64,000 bases of DNA from Parcubacteria group bacterium (GCA_028286565.1 JAQBRH010000004.1:33951-97950); one strand, 5' to 3'; positions 46,847 to 57,571 are shown, counted from the stretch's first letter. Notes: generated by a model not told the origin, from the letters alone. Numbers and translations: made by a program.

Positions 46847-47548
46847 TTAGTGGACGGAAATTTGGCCGGTCATATATACATCGACGCTCGAGGTCGCGCT
46901 CGACGGAGACAAGAGCTTGATGCGAAGACCCTTGCACGTCGTTGGAGTACAAATGAAGTAGAGTCCGGGAAAACTCGAGTTGCCCATGAGGACGATGCTC
47001 GCATCGGTGTTCGGCCGGAGAAAGCTGATATTCGCTCCTCCGATCGGGATGACGTTCGAACACGATATGCTGCCGTTCACGGCGATCAGGCACAGGTCTT
47101 CGATCTGGTTCCCGCCCGTTATCGGGATCTTTTGGATGCATTCGGAATCGGGAACGGCGGAGAGGGTCGGACACGTCGGCCCGCTATCGTATATCTTGTT
47201 CTTCGGCTGGCCTCCCTGCGGCCTATCCGCAAAGAATGTGAAGGTGGTCTTGGCGAGAGGATCGGTCGAAGGGACGATATTAAAATACACTCCGTACGCA
47301 TCGGTGAACTCGGTGCTCGCAGCGCCGGGCTTGAATCCTTGAACGCTTGTCCCGTATACCTGAGCCTGCCTGACCGTCAGGGCGATGTCGTTCGCAAGAT
47401 TTTTCAAAGACGCCCCTTTGCTGTACGTCGACTGGTTCGGAATGACCACGCTGATGATCACGAGCATGATGCCAATAGACACAAGCACTTCGAGGAGGGT
47501 GAAAGCGCGGAGAGCGGAAGCGTGTGATTTAGATGAGCGAGATGACAT
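46847..47548 (-). CDS. Pseudopilin (prepilin-type N-terminal domain)
   Basis: RAFTLLEVLVSIGIMLVII; start re-placed at ATG 47548. 20-nt overlap with pilD. Confidence 0.55.
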   Translation of the reverse strand: MSSRSSKSHASALRAFTLLEVLVSIGIMLVIISVVIPNQSTYSKGASLKNLANDIALTVRQAQVYGTSVQGFKPGAASTEFTDAYGVYFNIVPSTDPLAKTTFTFFADRPQGGQPKNKIYDSGPTCPTLSAVPDSECIQKIPITGGNQIEDLCLIAVNGSISCSNVIPIGGANISFLRPNTDASIVLMGNSSFPGLYFICTPTTCKGLRIKLLSPSSATSSVDVYMTGQISVH

Positions 47549-48314
47549 GGAACAGATCAAGATGAAGAATGAGGGCAAGCCAGGCTCCGATCACAAGAAA
47601 AGGAGCGAACGGTATCTCGCTCTTCATTGTAAGTCCTTTTGCCTCTCTGAACAAAGCAAAAGATCTGGAAACGAGCATGATGCTTAGGGTGACAACGCTT
47701 CCGACCCAGAACGCGAGTGCGAGAGACGAGAGTCCGGCCGGTCCGCCCAACAAAAGTCCGATCGAGAGAGCGAGCTTGGCATCTCCGAAGCCCATGGCTC
47801 GCCCGCGCGAGAGAAGCCAGATGAGCCCAAAGAAGCTAAAGAGGATAGGCCCGGCAAGCCAATCAAAGATAGAGCCCCCGACGAGGAACCGAAGGACGAT
47901 CGCAAGGATCACCGAGGCATAAACAAGATCGTCGGGGAGGATCTTGTGCCTCACATCATAGATAACGAGGACGACATAGATGCAAAAGACCGCCGCCGCA
48001 AGCATATATGAAGCGAGGCCGAGGATCCCGCGGGTCGGGTCGAACACCGCCGCGAGAGAGGCGAAGATAAGGCCCGTCCACAGCTCGACCACAGGATACT
48101 GCCAGGAGATCTTGGTGCGGCACTCCGAACATTCTCCGCGGAGGCCGACGAAACTGACGACCGGTATAAGCTCCCACCAGTGGAGAGGTTTCTGGCACAC
48201 GACGCAGAACGATCTTCCTCCGATCCCCCGCCCCGAATTCCACCGGAGACCGAGAACATTGAGGAAGCTGCCGATCAAAAGTCCTAAAACAAAAAGGATG
48301 ATCGAGATGATCAT
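47529..48314 (-). CDS. pilD: Prepilin peptidase (A24 family)
   Basis: N-terminal Cys-x-x-Cys...Cys-x-x-Cys zinc motif and multiple TM helices with the conserved Asp pair context. Confidence 0.85.
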   Translation of the reverse strand: MIISIILFVLGLLIGSFLNVLGLRWNSGRGIGGRSFCVVCQKPLHWWELIPVVSFVGLRGECSECRTKISWQYPVVELWTGLIFASLAAVFDPTRGILGLASYMLAAAVFCIYVVLVIYDVRHKILPDDLVYASVILAIVLRFLVGGSIFDWLAGPILFSFFGLIWLLSRGRAMGFGDAKLALSIGLLLGGPAGLSSLALAFWVGSVVTLSIMLVSRSFALFREAKGLTMKSEIPFAPFLVIGAWLALILHLDLFHVISLI

Positions 48315-48378
48315 CCTTTAAGTATACCCCATGAGATAAACACTAACTATCTCTCGGGGTGAACCAGATGAGATACGA

Positions 48379-48858
48379 CTAGCAGATAGGGTCTCCGGTA
48401 CCGATAACACCGTTCGCCTTTGATGCTCCGGTGTTGTCTACACACCAGTTACCTCCGGCTCCGGGAAGAGTCGCTGCAACTGCATAGGCCGTTGCAGGTT
48501 GTCCGACTACACCAAACGATACACACTGAGGGTTGGACAAGTTTGGCCATGCGGCGGTTGCGAAGTAGCCGTTCATGCCTGATGCGCCGTCTGTGAAGAG
48601 CACGGTGTTCGTCGTAGCAGCGGCACCGCTTGGGCAAGCTCCATACGCTGACTGAGTACCATAATTTCCATTAGTATCGTAGAAGATCTCTGCTGCCGCG
48701 CGGAGGCCGGCGAGCTGAGCCTTGATCTTCGCATCGTTACCCTTGTTTCGGGCGGTGTTGAGCGATGCGAGGACGACTGAAGAAAGAATACCGATGATGG
48801 CGATAACCACCAAGAGTTCGATGAGGGTAAAACCTCGATTAGCTGATCTTTTTGACAT
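48379..48858 (-). CDS. pilA: Type IV major pilin
   Basis: [23 protein letters not shown] class III signal. 159 aa. Confidence 0.75.
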   Translation of the reverse strand: MSKRSANRGFTLIELLVVIAIIGILSSVVLASLNTARNKGNDAKIKAQLAGLRAAAEIFYDTNGNYGTQSAYGACPSGAAATTNTVLFTDGASGMNGYFATAAWPNLSNPQCVSFGVVGQPATAYAVAATLPGAGGNWCVDNTGASKANGVIGTGDPIC

Positions 48859-48934
48859 AATTATTATTACTTTTAACTACCTTAGAATTATATACCCATA
48901 CCAGCAACTTTTGTGCCGGCATGTGGATAACTCA

Positions 48935-50143
48935 TCAACCTCCTGCCGAGTTCGCGATGTTGTAAATAGGGATAAGCACGGACGCGAGGAGCGTTCCCAC
49001 CCCGAGGCCGAGGAGGACGATCATGACCGGTTCAATGAGGCCCACAAGCGTATCCACGGCGTTGATGACCTCTCGCTGGTAGAAATTGGCCATGGTCTTC
49101 AGGATCGAGCCAAGTTCCCCGGTCTCTTCCCCCACTTTGATCATCTGGACGAGCATGCCCGGGATCTCTTCGTATTGGGACAAGGATTGGGAGAGCGAGC
49201 TTCCCCCCTTGACCGCGGTCAGGCTTTCTTCGAGGATCCCCCTATAGACATCGTTCCCCACCACTGCGGCGGTGATCTCGATGGCTCGGACCATGGGGAT
49301 GCCCGAGTGGACCATGGTGTTCATGTTGTCGGCGATGATCGAGAGATAAAGCTTGGTGTAGAGGCTTCCTATGTACGGGATGCTCAGTTTGAAGCTGGCG
49401 AAGGCGTGCTTTCCCTCTTCGGTCCGAGTGTAGCGGATGAGAAGGAAGATAAGCACCACCAGGCCGGCGAGGACGAGGAGCCCGTAGTGAATGAGGATGT
49501 TCGAGATCCAGAAGACGACGGCCGTATAGAACGGCACCGGCTGTCCCGATTCGGTCAAGATGACGCTGATCTTCGGGATGATGACCGTGAACATGAGGAT
49601 CATCACGCAGATGAAGACCCCGATGACGAACGCCGGATAAATGAGGGCGTTCTTGGCCTTGGAAACGACGGCGTAGCTTCGGTCGAGGTAATCGGCCAAA
49701 TAGTTAAAGGTCTCGTTCAATTTGCCAGTCTCTTCTCCGGCCTTGACCATGTTCACATAAAAGTCCGAGAAGATGGTCGGGTGTTTTGAAAGGGCCTTGG
49801 AGATCGAGGCTCCGGCCTGGAGGTCGTCCGTCACTTCGATCAGAGCCCGCCTCAAGTGATCGTTCTCCACTTCGGCCGAAAGGAGCGCAAAGATCTTCAG
49901 CGCCGGAACCTGAGCATCAAAGAGCGTTGCCATCTGGCGCGAGAGGATGACCACGTCTTTGTTCGAGACGCCGCTCCCGATGGTGAACTTCGAAAGAAAG
50001 GATTCCTTCTCGGCCGGCTCGATCTCGGCGATGATGAGGCCTCTCGTCTGCAGACTTTCGATCGCAACGTCTATAGAGACAGCTTCGATCTGTCCTTCCT
50101 TGGAGACCCCGGTGTTGTCTAAGGCTTTATAAAAATAGAGCAT
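48935..50143 (-). CDS. pilC: Type IV pilus platform protein PilC (GspF family)
   Basis: 402 aa, two T2SSF domains, three TM segments. Confidence 0.85.
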   Translation of the reverse strand: MLYFYKALDNTGVSKEGQIEAVSIDVAIESLQTRGLIIAEIEPAEKESFLSKFTIGSGVSNKDVVILSRQMATLFDAQVPALKIFALLSAEVENDHLRRALIEVTDDLQAGASISKALSKHPTIFSDFYVNMVKAGEETGKLNETFNYLADYLDRSYAVVSKAKNALIYPAFVIGVFICVMILMFTVIIPKISVILTESGQPVPFYTAVVFWISNILIHYGLLVLAGLVVLIFLLIRYTRTEEGKHAFASFKLSIPYIGSLYTKLYLSIIADNMNTMVHSGIPMVRAIEITAAVVGNDVYRGILEESLTAVKGGSSLSQSLSQYEEIPGMLVQMIKVGEETGELGSILKTMANFYQREVINAVDTLVGLIEPVMIVLLGLGVGTLLASVLIPIYNIANSAGG

Positions 50144-50152
50144 GCGTGTCGG

Positions 50153-51211
50153 TTAGATCATCCTCTCGAGCGTGCGAGGATTAGTCGAATAGAGCATGGC
50201 GTTCTCCGCGGTGATCTCTCCGTTTCGCACGAGGATCGCCAAGCTTCGGTTCAAGTCGATCATGCCGTCCTCCGAACCCGTCTCGATGACCGAGTTGATC
50301 TCATGGCTCCTCTTCTCTCGGATGAGGTTCGAGACGGCGTTGTTGTTCAAGAGAAGCTCGAAGGCCGGGATGAGTCCGCCGGAGATGCGAGGGATCAGGC
50401 GCTGAGAGAAGATGCCGATCAGGGATGAGGAGAGTTGGATGCGGATCTGATCCTGCTGATCGGAGGGGAACGAGTCGATGATACGGTCGACGGTTTGCGC
50501 GGCGGTGTTCGTGTGAAGCGTCGAGTAGACGAGGTGTCCGGTCTCCGCCGCCGTCACCGCTGTGGCGATGGTCTCTGGTTCGCGCATTTCTCCGACCATG
50601 ATCACATCGGCGTCCTGGCGGAACGCTCCCCAAAGCGCGGTCTTGAAATCCGGCGTGTCCGATCCGACCTCACGCTGATCGATGAGGGCTTTTTTCGGCT
50701 CGAAAATATATTCGATCGGATCTTCGATGGTGATGATGTGTTCGAGGCGCTCTTCATTGATCATCTCGATCATCGAGGCGAGGGTCGTCGACTTGCCTTG
50801 GCCGGCCGGCCCCACGACGAGGAAGAACCCTTGCTGCTTTTTTGTGAATGTTTCGAGGATGGTCGGCAATCCGAGCTCGGCAAGCGTCCTGATGCGCGAC
50901 TGGATGAGGCGGAGAGCGACGGACATCTTCCCGATCTTCATGAAGGCGTTGCCTCGAAATCGAACGGATTCATGGCTGTAGGCGAAGTTCGCTTCCTTGT
51001 AGGCCATGTACTGGCGTTTGTTCTCTGCGGTGAGAAAGATCTCTAGGAACGTTTCGAGGTCGGACTTGGTAAGCGGAGCGATCTTTAAAAGCGGGATGAG
51101 GAACCCGGCTACGCGGATGACCGGCGAGCGCCCTTCGGACAAATGGAGGTCGGAGGCGCCTTCTTTGGTAACGATGTCGACGAGCTGATTTAAAAGTTGT
51201 TGTGAAGCCAT
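50153..51211 (-). CDS. pilT: Twitching motility retraction ATPase PilT
   Basis: Walker A GPAGQGKST and PilT-type Asp/His boxes. 352 aa. Confidence 0.85.
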   Translation of the reverse strand: MASQQLLNQLVDIVTKEGASDLHLSEGRSPVIRVAGFLIPLLKIAPLTKSDLETFLEIFLTAENKRQYMAYKEANFAYSHESVRFRGNAFMKIGKMSVALRLIQSRIRTLAELGLPTILETFTKKQQGFFLVVGPAGQGKSTTLASMIEMINEERLEHIITIEDPIEYIFEPKKALIDQREVGSDTPDFKTALWGAFRQDADVIMVGEMREPETIATAVTAAETGHLVYSTLHTNTAAQTVDRIIDSFPSDQQDQIRIQLSSSLIGIFSQRLIPRISGGLIPAFELLLNNNAVSNLIREKRSHEINSVIETGSEDGMIDLNRSLAILVRNGEITAENAMLYSTNPRTLERMI

Positions 51212-51212
51212 T

Positions 51213-51602
51213 TTATGTAATGTATTGATCTCCGATATTGATTATTTCTTGAGCCACTTCCGACGGGACCGAGGTCGCCTTGACTATATACCCCTTCACT
51301 CCGAGCTCTTTGGCCTTCTCGATCTTCGACGATTCGCTTTCGTTCGTGAGCATGATCGAGATGGCGTTCGGAGAAAGTTTTTCTTTCAAAACGGTTTCCA
51401 AGAGCTCGAGCCCGTCCATGCCCGGCATGATGATGTCGAAGACCATGATGTCGTAGACGCTTCCCGCGCGCAATTTCTCAAGGGCGCTCAGAGGGCCGAC
51501 GGCGATGTCAGGGGCGAGGCCGAACGCATCGAACTTCTTTTTGTACATTTCAAGAAGAAATTTGTCGTCATCCACGATGAGAATAGAATATTTCTTCTTC
51601 AT
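51213..51602 (-). CDS. Response regulator receiver domain protein (CheY/PilH-like)
   Basis: ILIVDDD...D...MPGMDG...K receiver residues. Confidence 0.8.
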   Translation of the reverse strand: MKKKYSILIVDDDKFLLEMYKKKFDAFGLAPDIAVGPLSALEKLRAGSVYDIMVFDIIMPGMDGLELLETVLKEKLSPNAISIMLTNESESSKIEKAKELGVKGYIVKATSVPSEVAQEIINIGDQYIT

Positions 51603-51609
51603 ACTATGA

Positions 51610-53334
51610 TTATAGCGTATTTACTTCCTCGAAAGGAATGACGCGCTCGAAGGCTTTGAGGATCGCGTCCTCTTTCATCATGAGCATGCCGTTCGCGCGG
51701 GCCACTTTGGTGAGGGCGATCTCGGTCGGGTCTTTTAGGATGACCGCCTCGATCGCTTTGTCGAGTGATAACACTTCCATGACCGCCACTCGGCCGCTTG
51801 TCCCGTTCAAGCAGTCGGGCGTCGGCAAGACGTCGTAGACCTCCTTTCCGAACGGAATGTCCTTTCTGTAGGCGGCGGGCAGATCGGCGAACTGCGTCTC
51901 GAGCATCAGCTTGATCGAATCTTCGACCGGCACAGGCTTGCCACCGCCCGGAGGAAGCTTCCTCACCAAGCGCTGGGCGATAGCCAGGATGAGGGTCGGA
52001 GCGATGAGATACGGGTCGACGCCCATGTCGATCAGGCGCGGGATGACACCCAAAGCATTGTTGGTGTGGATGGTCGAGAGCACGAGGTGGCCGGTGAGGG
52101 CGGCTTGGATCGCGAGCTGGGCCGTCTCCTTGTCTCGGATCTCTCCCACCATGATGAGGTCCGGGTCCTGGCGAAGGGTGGTGCGGAGTCCGGTCGCAAA
52201 GGTGTAGTCGATCTCCGGATGGACTTGGGACTGAGAGACGCCGTCCATGTTGTACTCAACCGGGTCTTCGAGCGAAAGGACGTTCATGTGGTCGCGGTCG
52301 ACCTCGTTCAACATCGAATAGAGGGTCGTCGATTTACCGGATCCGGTCGGTCCGGAGATGAGGATGAGGCCGTACGGCTTGACGATGGCTTTCATGATGA
52401 GCTCGAGATTTTTCGGCGACAGGCCGAGCTCGGAAAGCTTCTTCACTCCCTTGTCCTGGTCCAAGATTCTCATCACGATCTTTTCTCCGTAGTAGGTCGG
52501 GAAGGTCGAGACGCGGAAATCGATCTTCTTGCCTTCGATCTTGGCCGAGAAGCGCCCGTCCTGCGGCTTTCGCTTTTCGTCGAGACGCATGTTGCAGAGG
52601 ATCTTGATGCGGGCGACGACGGCCGAATGCACTTTGACCGGGAGGAGGAGCGAGGTGTTCAGGATGCCGTCGACGCGGAAGCGGACGCGAATGTTCTCGT
52701 GCATCGGCTCGATGTGGATGTCCGAAGCGTTGCCTTCGGACGCATACGAGAGGATGGTGGCCACGATCTTCGTCACCGGCGCGTCTTCGACGATGCGGGC
52801 CTCCCCTTTCGGGCCCTTGCCTTCTGCCTCGGCCGACTTTTCTTCCTGATCGGCGATATTTTGCGAAAGTTCGGTCTCAAGTTCGGAAAGGGCCTTGGTC
52901 ACTTCTCCGGAGAGACCCTTATACATATCAAGCACGCTAGAAAGATCCTCCGTCGAGATGAGGAAGAGTTTGTACGGCATGCCGATCTTCGAGGAGATGA
53001 AGTTCAGGGCGTCGCGCGCTTCTATGTCGTCCGGGTCAACGATGCCCACTTCTAGCACGCCTTCCTTCACCCCGATCGGAGCGATCTTGTAGTGGTCGGC
53101 GGATTCTTCGGGAATAAAATCGAGGATCTTACCCGGGATGTTCAGGCCCTTGAGGCTCTTCGTGGGGATGCCGAGATCGAGGCCCTTGCCGAGGAGGATC
53201 TCTTCGGGCGTGACCCCGCGGCTGACGAGCACCTGCTCAAGCGAAAGGCCGGATTCCTTGGCCTCATGTTCGATCTGAGGTATATCATCTGCTGTAATGA
53301 TCTTTTTGTCTCGAAGTGTGTCGAGGATGCTCAT
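51610..53334 (-). CDS. pilB: Type IV pilus assembly ATPase PilB (GspE family)
   Basis: N-terminal GspII domain, Walker A GPTGSGKST, Asp and His boxes. 574 aa. Confidence 0.9.
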   Translation of the reverse strand: MSILDTLRDKKIITADDIPQIEHEAKESGLSLEQVLVSRGVTPEEILLGKGLDLGIPTKSLKGLNIPGKILDFIPEESADHYKIAPIGVKEGVLEVGIVDPDDIEARDALNFISSKIGMPYKLFLISTEDLSSVLDMYKGLSGEVTKALSELETELSQNIADQEEKSAEAEGKGPKGEARIVEDAPVTKIVATILSYASEGNASDIHIEPMHENIRVRFRVDGILNTSLLLPVKVHSAVVARIKILCNMRLDEKRKPQDGRFSAKIEGKKIDFRVSTFPTYYGEKIVMRILDQDKGVKKLSELGLSPKNLELIMKAIVKPYGLILISGPTGSGKSTTLYSMLNEVDRDHMNVLSLEDPVEYNMDGVSQSQVHPEIDYTFATGLRTTLRQDPDLIMVGEIRDKETAQLAIQAALTGHLVLSTIHTNNALGVIPRLIDMGVDPYLIAPTLILAIAQRLVRKLPPGGGKPVPVEDSIKLMLETQFADLPAAYRKDIPFGKEVYDVLPTPDCLNGTSGRVAVMEVLSLDKAIEAVILKDPTEIALTKVARANGMLMMKEDAILKAFERVIPFEEVNTL

Positions 53335-53346
53335 CTGTATGTAGGG

Positions 53347-53640
53347 TTAAAAGTCAGAACCGATCGGGGCGAACGGGTTGATCCTGCCTTGAGGCTGAAC
53401 GGGGAGAACGGTCGAGAAGTCGACGAGGCTCGTGTAGGCCGTGGTGGAGAAGAGCGTGCGGTCGAGGGTGACCGACTGGAGGCTCGCATTGAGCTCGAGC
53501 ACATCCGCTCCGACATTCACTTCCGTGACCGGGACATCGAGCGAAGGATCTCCGGCAAAGAACATCTTGTACACGCCCCATCCGAGGAGCAGCGCGGCGG
53601 CAAACGTCAGCATTCCTTTGTTGTTTTGAAGAGCTTTCAT
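53347..53640 (-). CDS. Hypothetical exported protein (pilus-locus associated, PilP-like by position)
   Basis: Start re-placed at ATG 53640 (MKALQNNKGMLTFAAALLLGWG). Confidence 0.4.
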   Translation of the reverse strand: MKALQNNKGMLTFAAALLLGWGVYKMFFAGDPSLDVPVTEVNVGADVLELNASLQSVTLDRTLFSTTAYTSLVDFSTVLPVQPQGRINPFAPIGSDF

Positions 53641-53641
53641 G

Positions 53642-54181
53642 TTATTTGAGTGAATACGTCTCGATCGACACCTTGAAGGTAGACAGGCCGGTATCCGTGG
53701 TGTCAAAAGCCGCCGCCTTCACATCGATGATGCGCAGGCTCGACTCGATGTCTGTCATGAACCGCTTGAAATTCTCATAATTGGTGACGAATTCGAAGGA
53801 GACCGTCGTCGTCTCGTATGTCTTCGATCCGACGATGATGCCCGGAGCGCCCGTGTCGTTCCCTTTGCTCTCTGTTTGGATATTTTTGATGGAAATACCA
53901 TACCGCGAAGCGATCGAGTCAAAGTCGAGGGCGAGCCTCACCGTATCGATCGACGGAGGCAGGACCTTCGAGAGGCGGTCAACGTCTTCTTTCGGCATCG
54001 CCTGATACTTCACGAGGAGATTGTCCCTGGTTTCGATGAGCGAGGAGACATTGGCAAGGAGATCTTCGTACTTGGCCGATTCCGCTCGGAGATCGGAGGA
54101 TTTCTTGTACTCTCCGTTCGTGAAGGTATAGAAAAGCCCGATCGAGATCAATATAAGGATGATGGCGGTTGAGTTTTTCAT
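53642..54181 (-). CDS. PilO-like pilus assembly protein
   Basis: N-terminal TM, coiled coil, C-terminal beta domain. Operon position between the PilN-like gene and 53347..53640. Confidence 0.5.
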   Translation of the reverse strand: MKNSTAIILILISIGLFYTFTNGEYKKSSDLRAESAKYEDLLANVSSLIETRDNLLVKYQAMPKEDVDRLSKVLPPSIDTVRLALDFDSIASRYGISIKNIQTESKGNDTGAPGIIVGSKTYETTTVSFEFVTNYENFKRFMTDIESSLRIIDVKAAAFDTTDTGLSTFKVSIETYSLK

Positions 54182-54182
54182 A

Positions 54183-54869
54183 TTATCGCGGGGTTGAGGT
54201 TGCGGATCTGGGGGTCGAGGTCGCGGACTTTGTCAGAGGGGTCGTCGTGCCGACCGTTGCGGTTGGAGTCGGGGTCGACTTCACGACGTCCTTCTTGAAA
54301 GCGAGGATCTGCGGATCGAGGTTTGCCTTGAATTCAAAGAGGACGTTCCCTTTGTCGTCGAGGTTCAGGTTCGAGAACACGGGAGTCTTGATATATTTGC
54401 TCTTGTTGAACTCGTCGGATTGCAGGGCCACCGCGGCGTAGCCTCGAGCCATGCCCTTCATGGCTATGGACGGCCCCTTTTCATTGAAGGTGAAGACGAA
54501 GGAGGTGAATTTGACGTTCTTCATGGTCGCACTCTGGAGATAATCAAAGAACGGAGTGATCGCCCGGTGTTTGTTGAGGAGCGTTTGGGTCACCTGGATC
54601 CTCGTGTTGAGGCGGGTAAGCTCCTTGATGGTCTCCGGTTCGAGGGCCGCTTTGGCCGCTTCGAGGTCGGAGGCCTTCTTGTCGATCGAAGACTCGAGAT
54701 ATTTCACATAGCCGAACGATCCCCCTGCCGCGAGGAGAGAGACGATGAATATGAACTTTGCGATATAGCCTAAAATGCCCTGCTTTTTCTCGGCGGAGCG
54801 CGCGGCGAACGATGCTGATGTGGTCAAAGGCCCTTTCGGGATGAACGATGATTGAAATTTGGGTTCCAT
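54183..54869 (-). CDS. PilN-like pilus assembly protein with T/S/P-rich C-terminal tail
   Basis: Single TM after a short cytoplasmic N-terminus, coiled coil. Immediately downstream of pilM. Confidence 0.5.
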   Translation of the reverse strand: MEPKFQSSFIPKGPLTTSASFAARSAEKKQGILGYIAKFIFIVSLLAAGGSFGYVKYLESSIDKKASDLEAAKAALEPETIKELTRLNTRIQVTQTLLNKHRAITPFFDYLQSATMKNVKFTSFVFTFNEKGPSIAMKGMARGYAAVALQSDEFNKSKYIKTPVFSNLNLDDKGNVLFEFKANLDPQILAFKKDVVKSTPTPTATVGTTTPLTKSATSTPRSATSTPR

Positions 54870-54936
54870 CTACTGCAAAGTATAAAACAAAATGTCTCTA
54901 CAAGAAAGAACGTTTAACGAAATATGTTTATAACGC

Positions 54937-56055
54937 CTATTCTTCTTCCGCCAATTTGCGCAAGGCGACGCCGATAGCCACGGCGAATTCGGGACCGGTC
55001 TCTTTGAGGATATTTTCAAGGAAAGCCGGAGTAGCGAGCTTGCTGAACGGATTGGCTTGGACCGCGTCCGTCTTGAAGTTCGCCTTGGCGAGCGTCGGCA
55101 GGCCCTTCAGCGCGGCTCCTCCGCCGACGAGGATGATCTTTGAGACCGTCTTGTTGTATTTCTTCTCGAAGGCGAGGAGCGTCCTGTTCGCCTCTTCGAA
55201 TATATAGTCGAGGGTCAGCGAGATGATCTGGGTCAAGGTCTCGTCTTCTCCCGTCGCTCCGACCTGCCTTTTCATGATCTCCGCCCGCTCGAGGGTGAAG
55301 CCGAGGGATTTGGAGATGGTCGACGTGATGTCCTGCGCTCCGCGGTTGACCGTGTGCGTCGCCTTGGTGATTCCCCGCTCTACTATATAGAGCTTGGTCG
55401 AAGCCGCGCCCATATCCATGATCATCACCGGAGCGAGCGACTCGTCGAGGACCGAGCGCATGGTCGAGAAGATCTCGATCTCAAAGAACCCGGCCGCGAG
55501 CCCCGCCTTGTTCACAATGTCCGTGTAGCGGGCGATGGTATCGTTGTGGATCGCCACGACCAAGACGTCGACCTTGGGAATGTTCGGCGGCATGTTCGGT
55601 CCGGCCGACGGTCCCGGCGATTCTTCGACCGGAGCTTCGGCTTTGGGGATGACCGACCAGTCGAGCATCACTTCGGAAATTGGCACGGGGATATACTTCC
55701 TCGCTTCGATCGGGACCATGAGGCCCAGCTGCTTTGAAGACACCTGCGGCATTTCCACCACGGTCATGAGAGACGAGCCGAACGGGATGGAGATCCCGCA
55801 TTTATTGGTGGTGACATTCACCTCCTTTTCGTGCATCAGGTCCGCAAGCGCCGCGGCGATCCGATCCGGAGGAAGCACCACCGCCTGGCCGACCGTCCCC
55901 TTCGCGTACGGACCGAGAGCGAGCTCGCCATAGGTCTCGAGCACCGCCTGGCCGTTCTTTTTTTTGATCTGGACGATCTTGATCGCCGACGACCCTATGT
56001 CGATCCCGAGTACGCTTGTTTCCGGCTTAGAAAAGATATTAGAGAAGAATCCCAT
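54937..56055 (-). CDS. pilM: Type IV pilus assembly protein PilM (actin-like ATPase fold)
   Basis: VLGIDIGSSAIKIV N-terminal phosphate-1 motif. 372 aa. Confidence 0.8.
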   Translation of the reverse strand: MGFFSNIFSKPETSVLGIDIGSSAIKIVQIKKKNGQAVLETYGELALGPYAKGTVGQAVVLPPDRIAAALADLMHEKEVNVTTNKCGISIPFGSSLMTVVEMPQVSSKQLGLMVPIEARKYIPVPISEVMLDWSVIPKAEAPVEESPGPSAGPNMPPNIPKVDVLVVAIHNDTIARYTDIVNKAGLAAGFFEIEIFSTMRSVLDESLAPVMIMDMGAASTKLYIVERGITKATHTVNRGAQDITSTISKSLGFTLERAEIMKRQVGATGEDETLTQIISLTLDYIFEEANRTLLAFEKKYNKTVSKIILVGGGAALKGLPTLAKANFKTDAVQANPFSKLATPAFLENILKETGPEFAVAIGVALRKLAEEE

Positions 56056-56100
56056 CGTGATAAAAGTATATCATGTGCCACTCTTAGGTATGATAGACGT

Positions 56101-56748
56101 ATGGAAACGCTTTCTAGGGTCAAGGATTATTTTCTGGATTTTCTGTTCCCCAAGGACAAGCGCGTCTACGAGCTCGAAAGGCTGTCGCCCGCCGCTCTCC
56201 TCCATATGCTCCCCGCGGCCAAAGACATCGACGATCGAACTGTCGCTCTCTTCGACTACAAGGACCGCGATGTGCGGGCCCTCATCTGGGAGATCAAATA
56301 CAGAGGCAACCGCATCCTGGCGAAGAAATGCGGGGAGATCCTCGCGGACGTCTTGAGGCACGAGCTCGCCGACCGGGCGCTCTTCGAGAATTTTATTGAT
56401 CCTATCCTTGTCCCGATGCCCGTCTCGGACGAGAAGCGGCGCGAGTGCGGGTTTAATCAAACGGAGGTTCTCTCCGAATCTGTCCGCATGTATGCGCCGG
56501 ACCTTTTTGAATACGCCCCGATCCTCGTGAAGCACCGGCACACCGAGAGCCAGGCCCGCACGCACGCGACCAAGCGCGAACGAGAAACAAATTTGCATCG
56601 ATCAATGAACGCCTCGCCCGATGCTGCAGGACGAAATATCATTCTTCTCGACGACGTCACCACCTCCGGCGCGACCTTCAACGAAGCCAAGCGCGCCTTA
56701 CAGGAAGCGGGAGTGAAGAAGATCCTCTTTGTGGCCCTCGCGCACTAG
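56101..56748 (+). CDS. comF: ComF-family protein (phosphoribosyltransferase domain)
   Basis: C-terminal PRTase motif ILLDDVTTSGATFNEA. Start re-placed at ATG 56101; the listed ORF begins inside pilM on the other strand. Confidence 0.75.
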   Translation: METLSRVKDYFLDFLFPKDKRVYELERLSPAALLHMLPAAKDIDDRTVALFDYKDRDVRALIWEIKYRGNRILAKKCGEILADVLRHELADRALFENFIDPILVPMPVSDEKRRECGFNQTEVLSESVRMYAPDLFEYAPILVKHRHTESQARTHATKRERETNLHRSMNASPDAAGRNIILLDDVTTSGATFNEAKRALQEAGVKKILFVALAH

Positions 56749-57149
56749 GTCGCCTTGGTGATGGTGTGAACATTGATCACTTTCGCGGCTTCGAACGGCA
56801 TGAACAGTTCGGATCGGAGGGCGGCATCCTCCGCCAATTCGCCGACCACGCTGATGCGATCGGTCGGAGTGATGTTCGGATCCATCGAGCTTGCGGAACT
56901 CGTATCGAGGCCGTAGATAGTGCCGTCGTCGCCCGTGAGTCCGAGCTGGCAGATCGTCGGAGTGACGTCTTTGGACCTCAAAGCGAGGCAGACGAAATGT
57001 CCGTTCGCCTTTACCTCCCCGCTCGCCAGGCGTTCAAGGGAGCCGGTCTCGCTCGTCCGATGAAAGACAAGCGTCCCCACGATGATAATGAGGACCAAGG
57101 CGACCGCCCCGATGATGATCTTTTGCTGCTTGGAAAAACGCATATCCAT
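56745..57149 (-). CDS. Hypothetical exported protein
   Basis: N-terminal TM anchor. 134 aa. Confidence 0.45.
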   Translation of the reverse strand: MDMRFSKQQKIIIGAVALVLIIIVGTLVFHRTSETGSLERLASGEVKANGHFVCLALRSKDVTPTICQLGLTGDDGTIYGLDTSSASSMDPNITPTDRISVVGELAEDAALRSELFMPFEAAKVINVHTITKAT

Positions 57150-57212
57150 ATATCTCTTGAGACGCGTCTCGCAGATGATAATTACCTGCGGCCTCTGCCT
57201 ATCTCGTAGCTT

Positions 57213-57242
57213 GACAGATTGGTACTACGTATGCTATAATAC
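57213..57242 (+). promoter_or_regulatory. Near-consensus sigma-70 promoter
   Basis: TTGACA-gattggtactacgtatgc-TATAAT (18-nt spacer), 50 nt upstream of GTG 57293. Confidence 0.6.
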
Positions 57243-57292
57243 TCCCATACCGTGAAGCAACCCGCTTCACTCTGCCCTTTCAAGGAGGTCCT

Positions 57293-57571
57293 GTGGATGC
57301 TTTCATTGGTCTTGCGACCGTCATCTTCGCCCTGTGGCTCTCCCTTTTCGGGCTCGCGGTCGTACTGCAGCAGCAGGCCGTGTATCTGCGCATAAGCCGC
57401 CGCCTGGCCACGTACTTCGGCCGGCTGATCTCTCGCCTCGTGCGGAGATTGGCTCGGTTCCTTGGCCGCCATGCCTGGCGCGGGACGAAGTACCTGGTCC
57501 GACAGGCGGGCCTCGGCATCCGAGCACTCTGGAGACACCGAGAGAGGGCCGCTCAGGGCCGCGTGCCCTAG
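57293..57571 (+). CDS. Hypothetical small protein: N-terminal TM helix plus Arg-rich basic C-terminus
   Basis: GTG start with strong RBS AAGGAGG, directly downstream of the consensus promoter and a 5'-UTR hairpin (GTGAAGC-AACCC-GCTTCAC). Confidence 0.5.
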   Translation: MDAFIGLATVIFALWLSLFGLAVVLQQQAVYLRISRRLATYFGRLISRLVRRLARFLGRHAWRGTKYLVRQAGLGIRALWRHRERAAQGRVP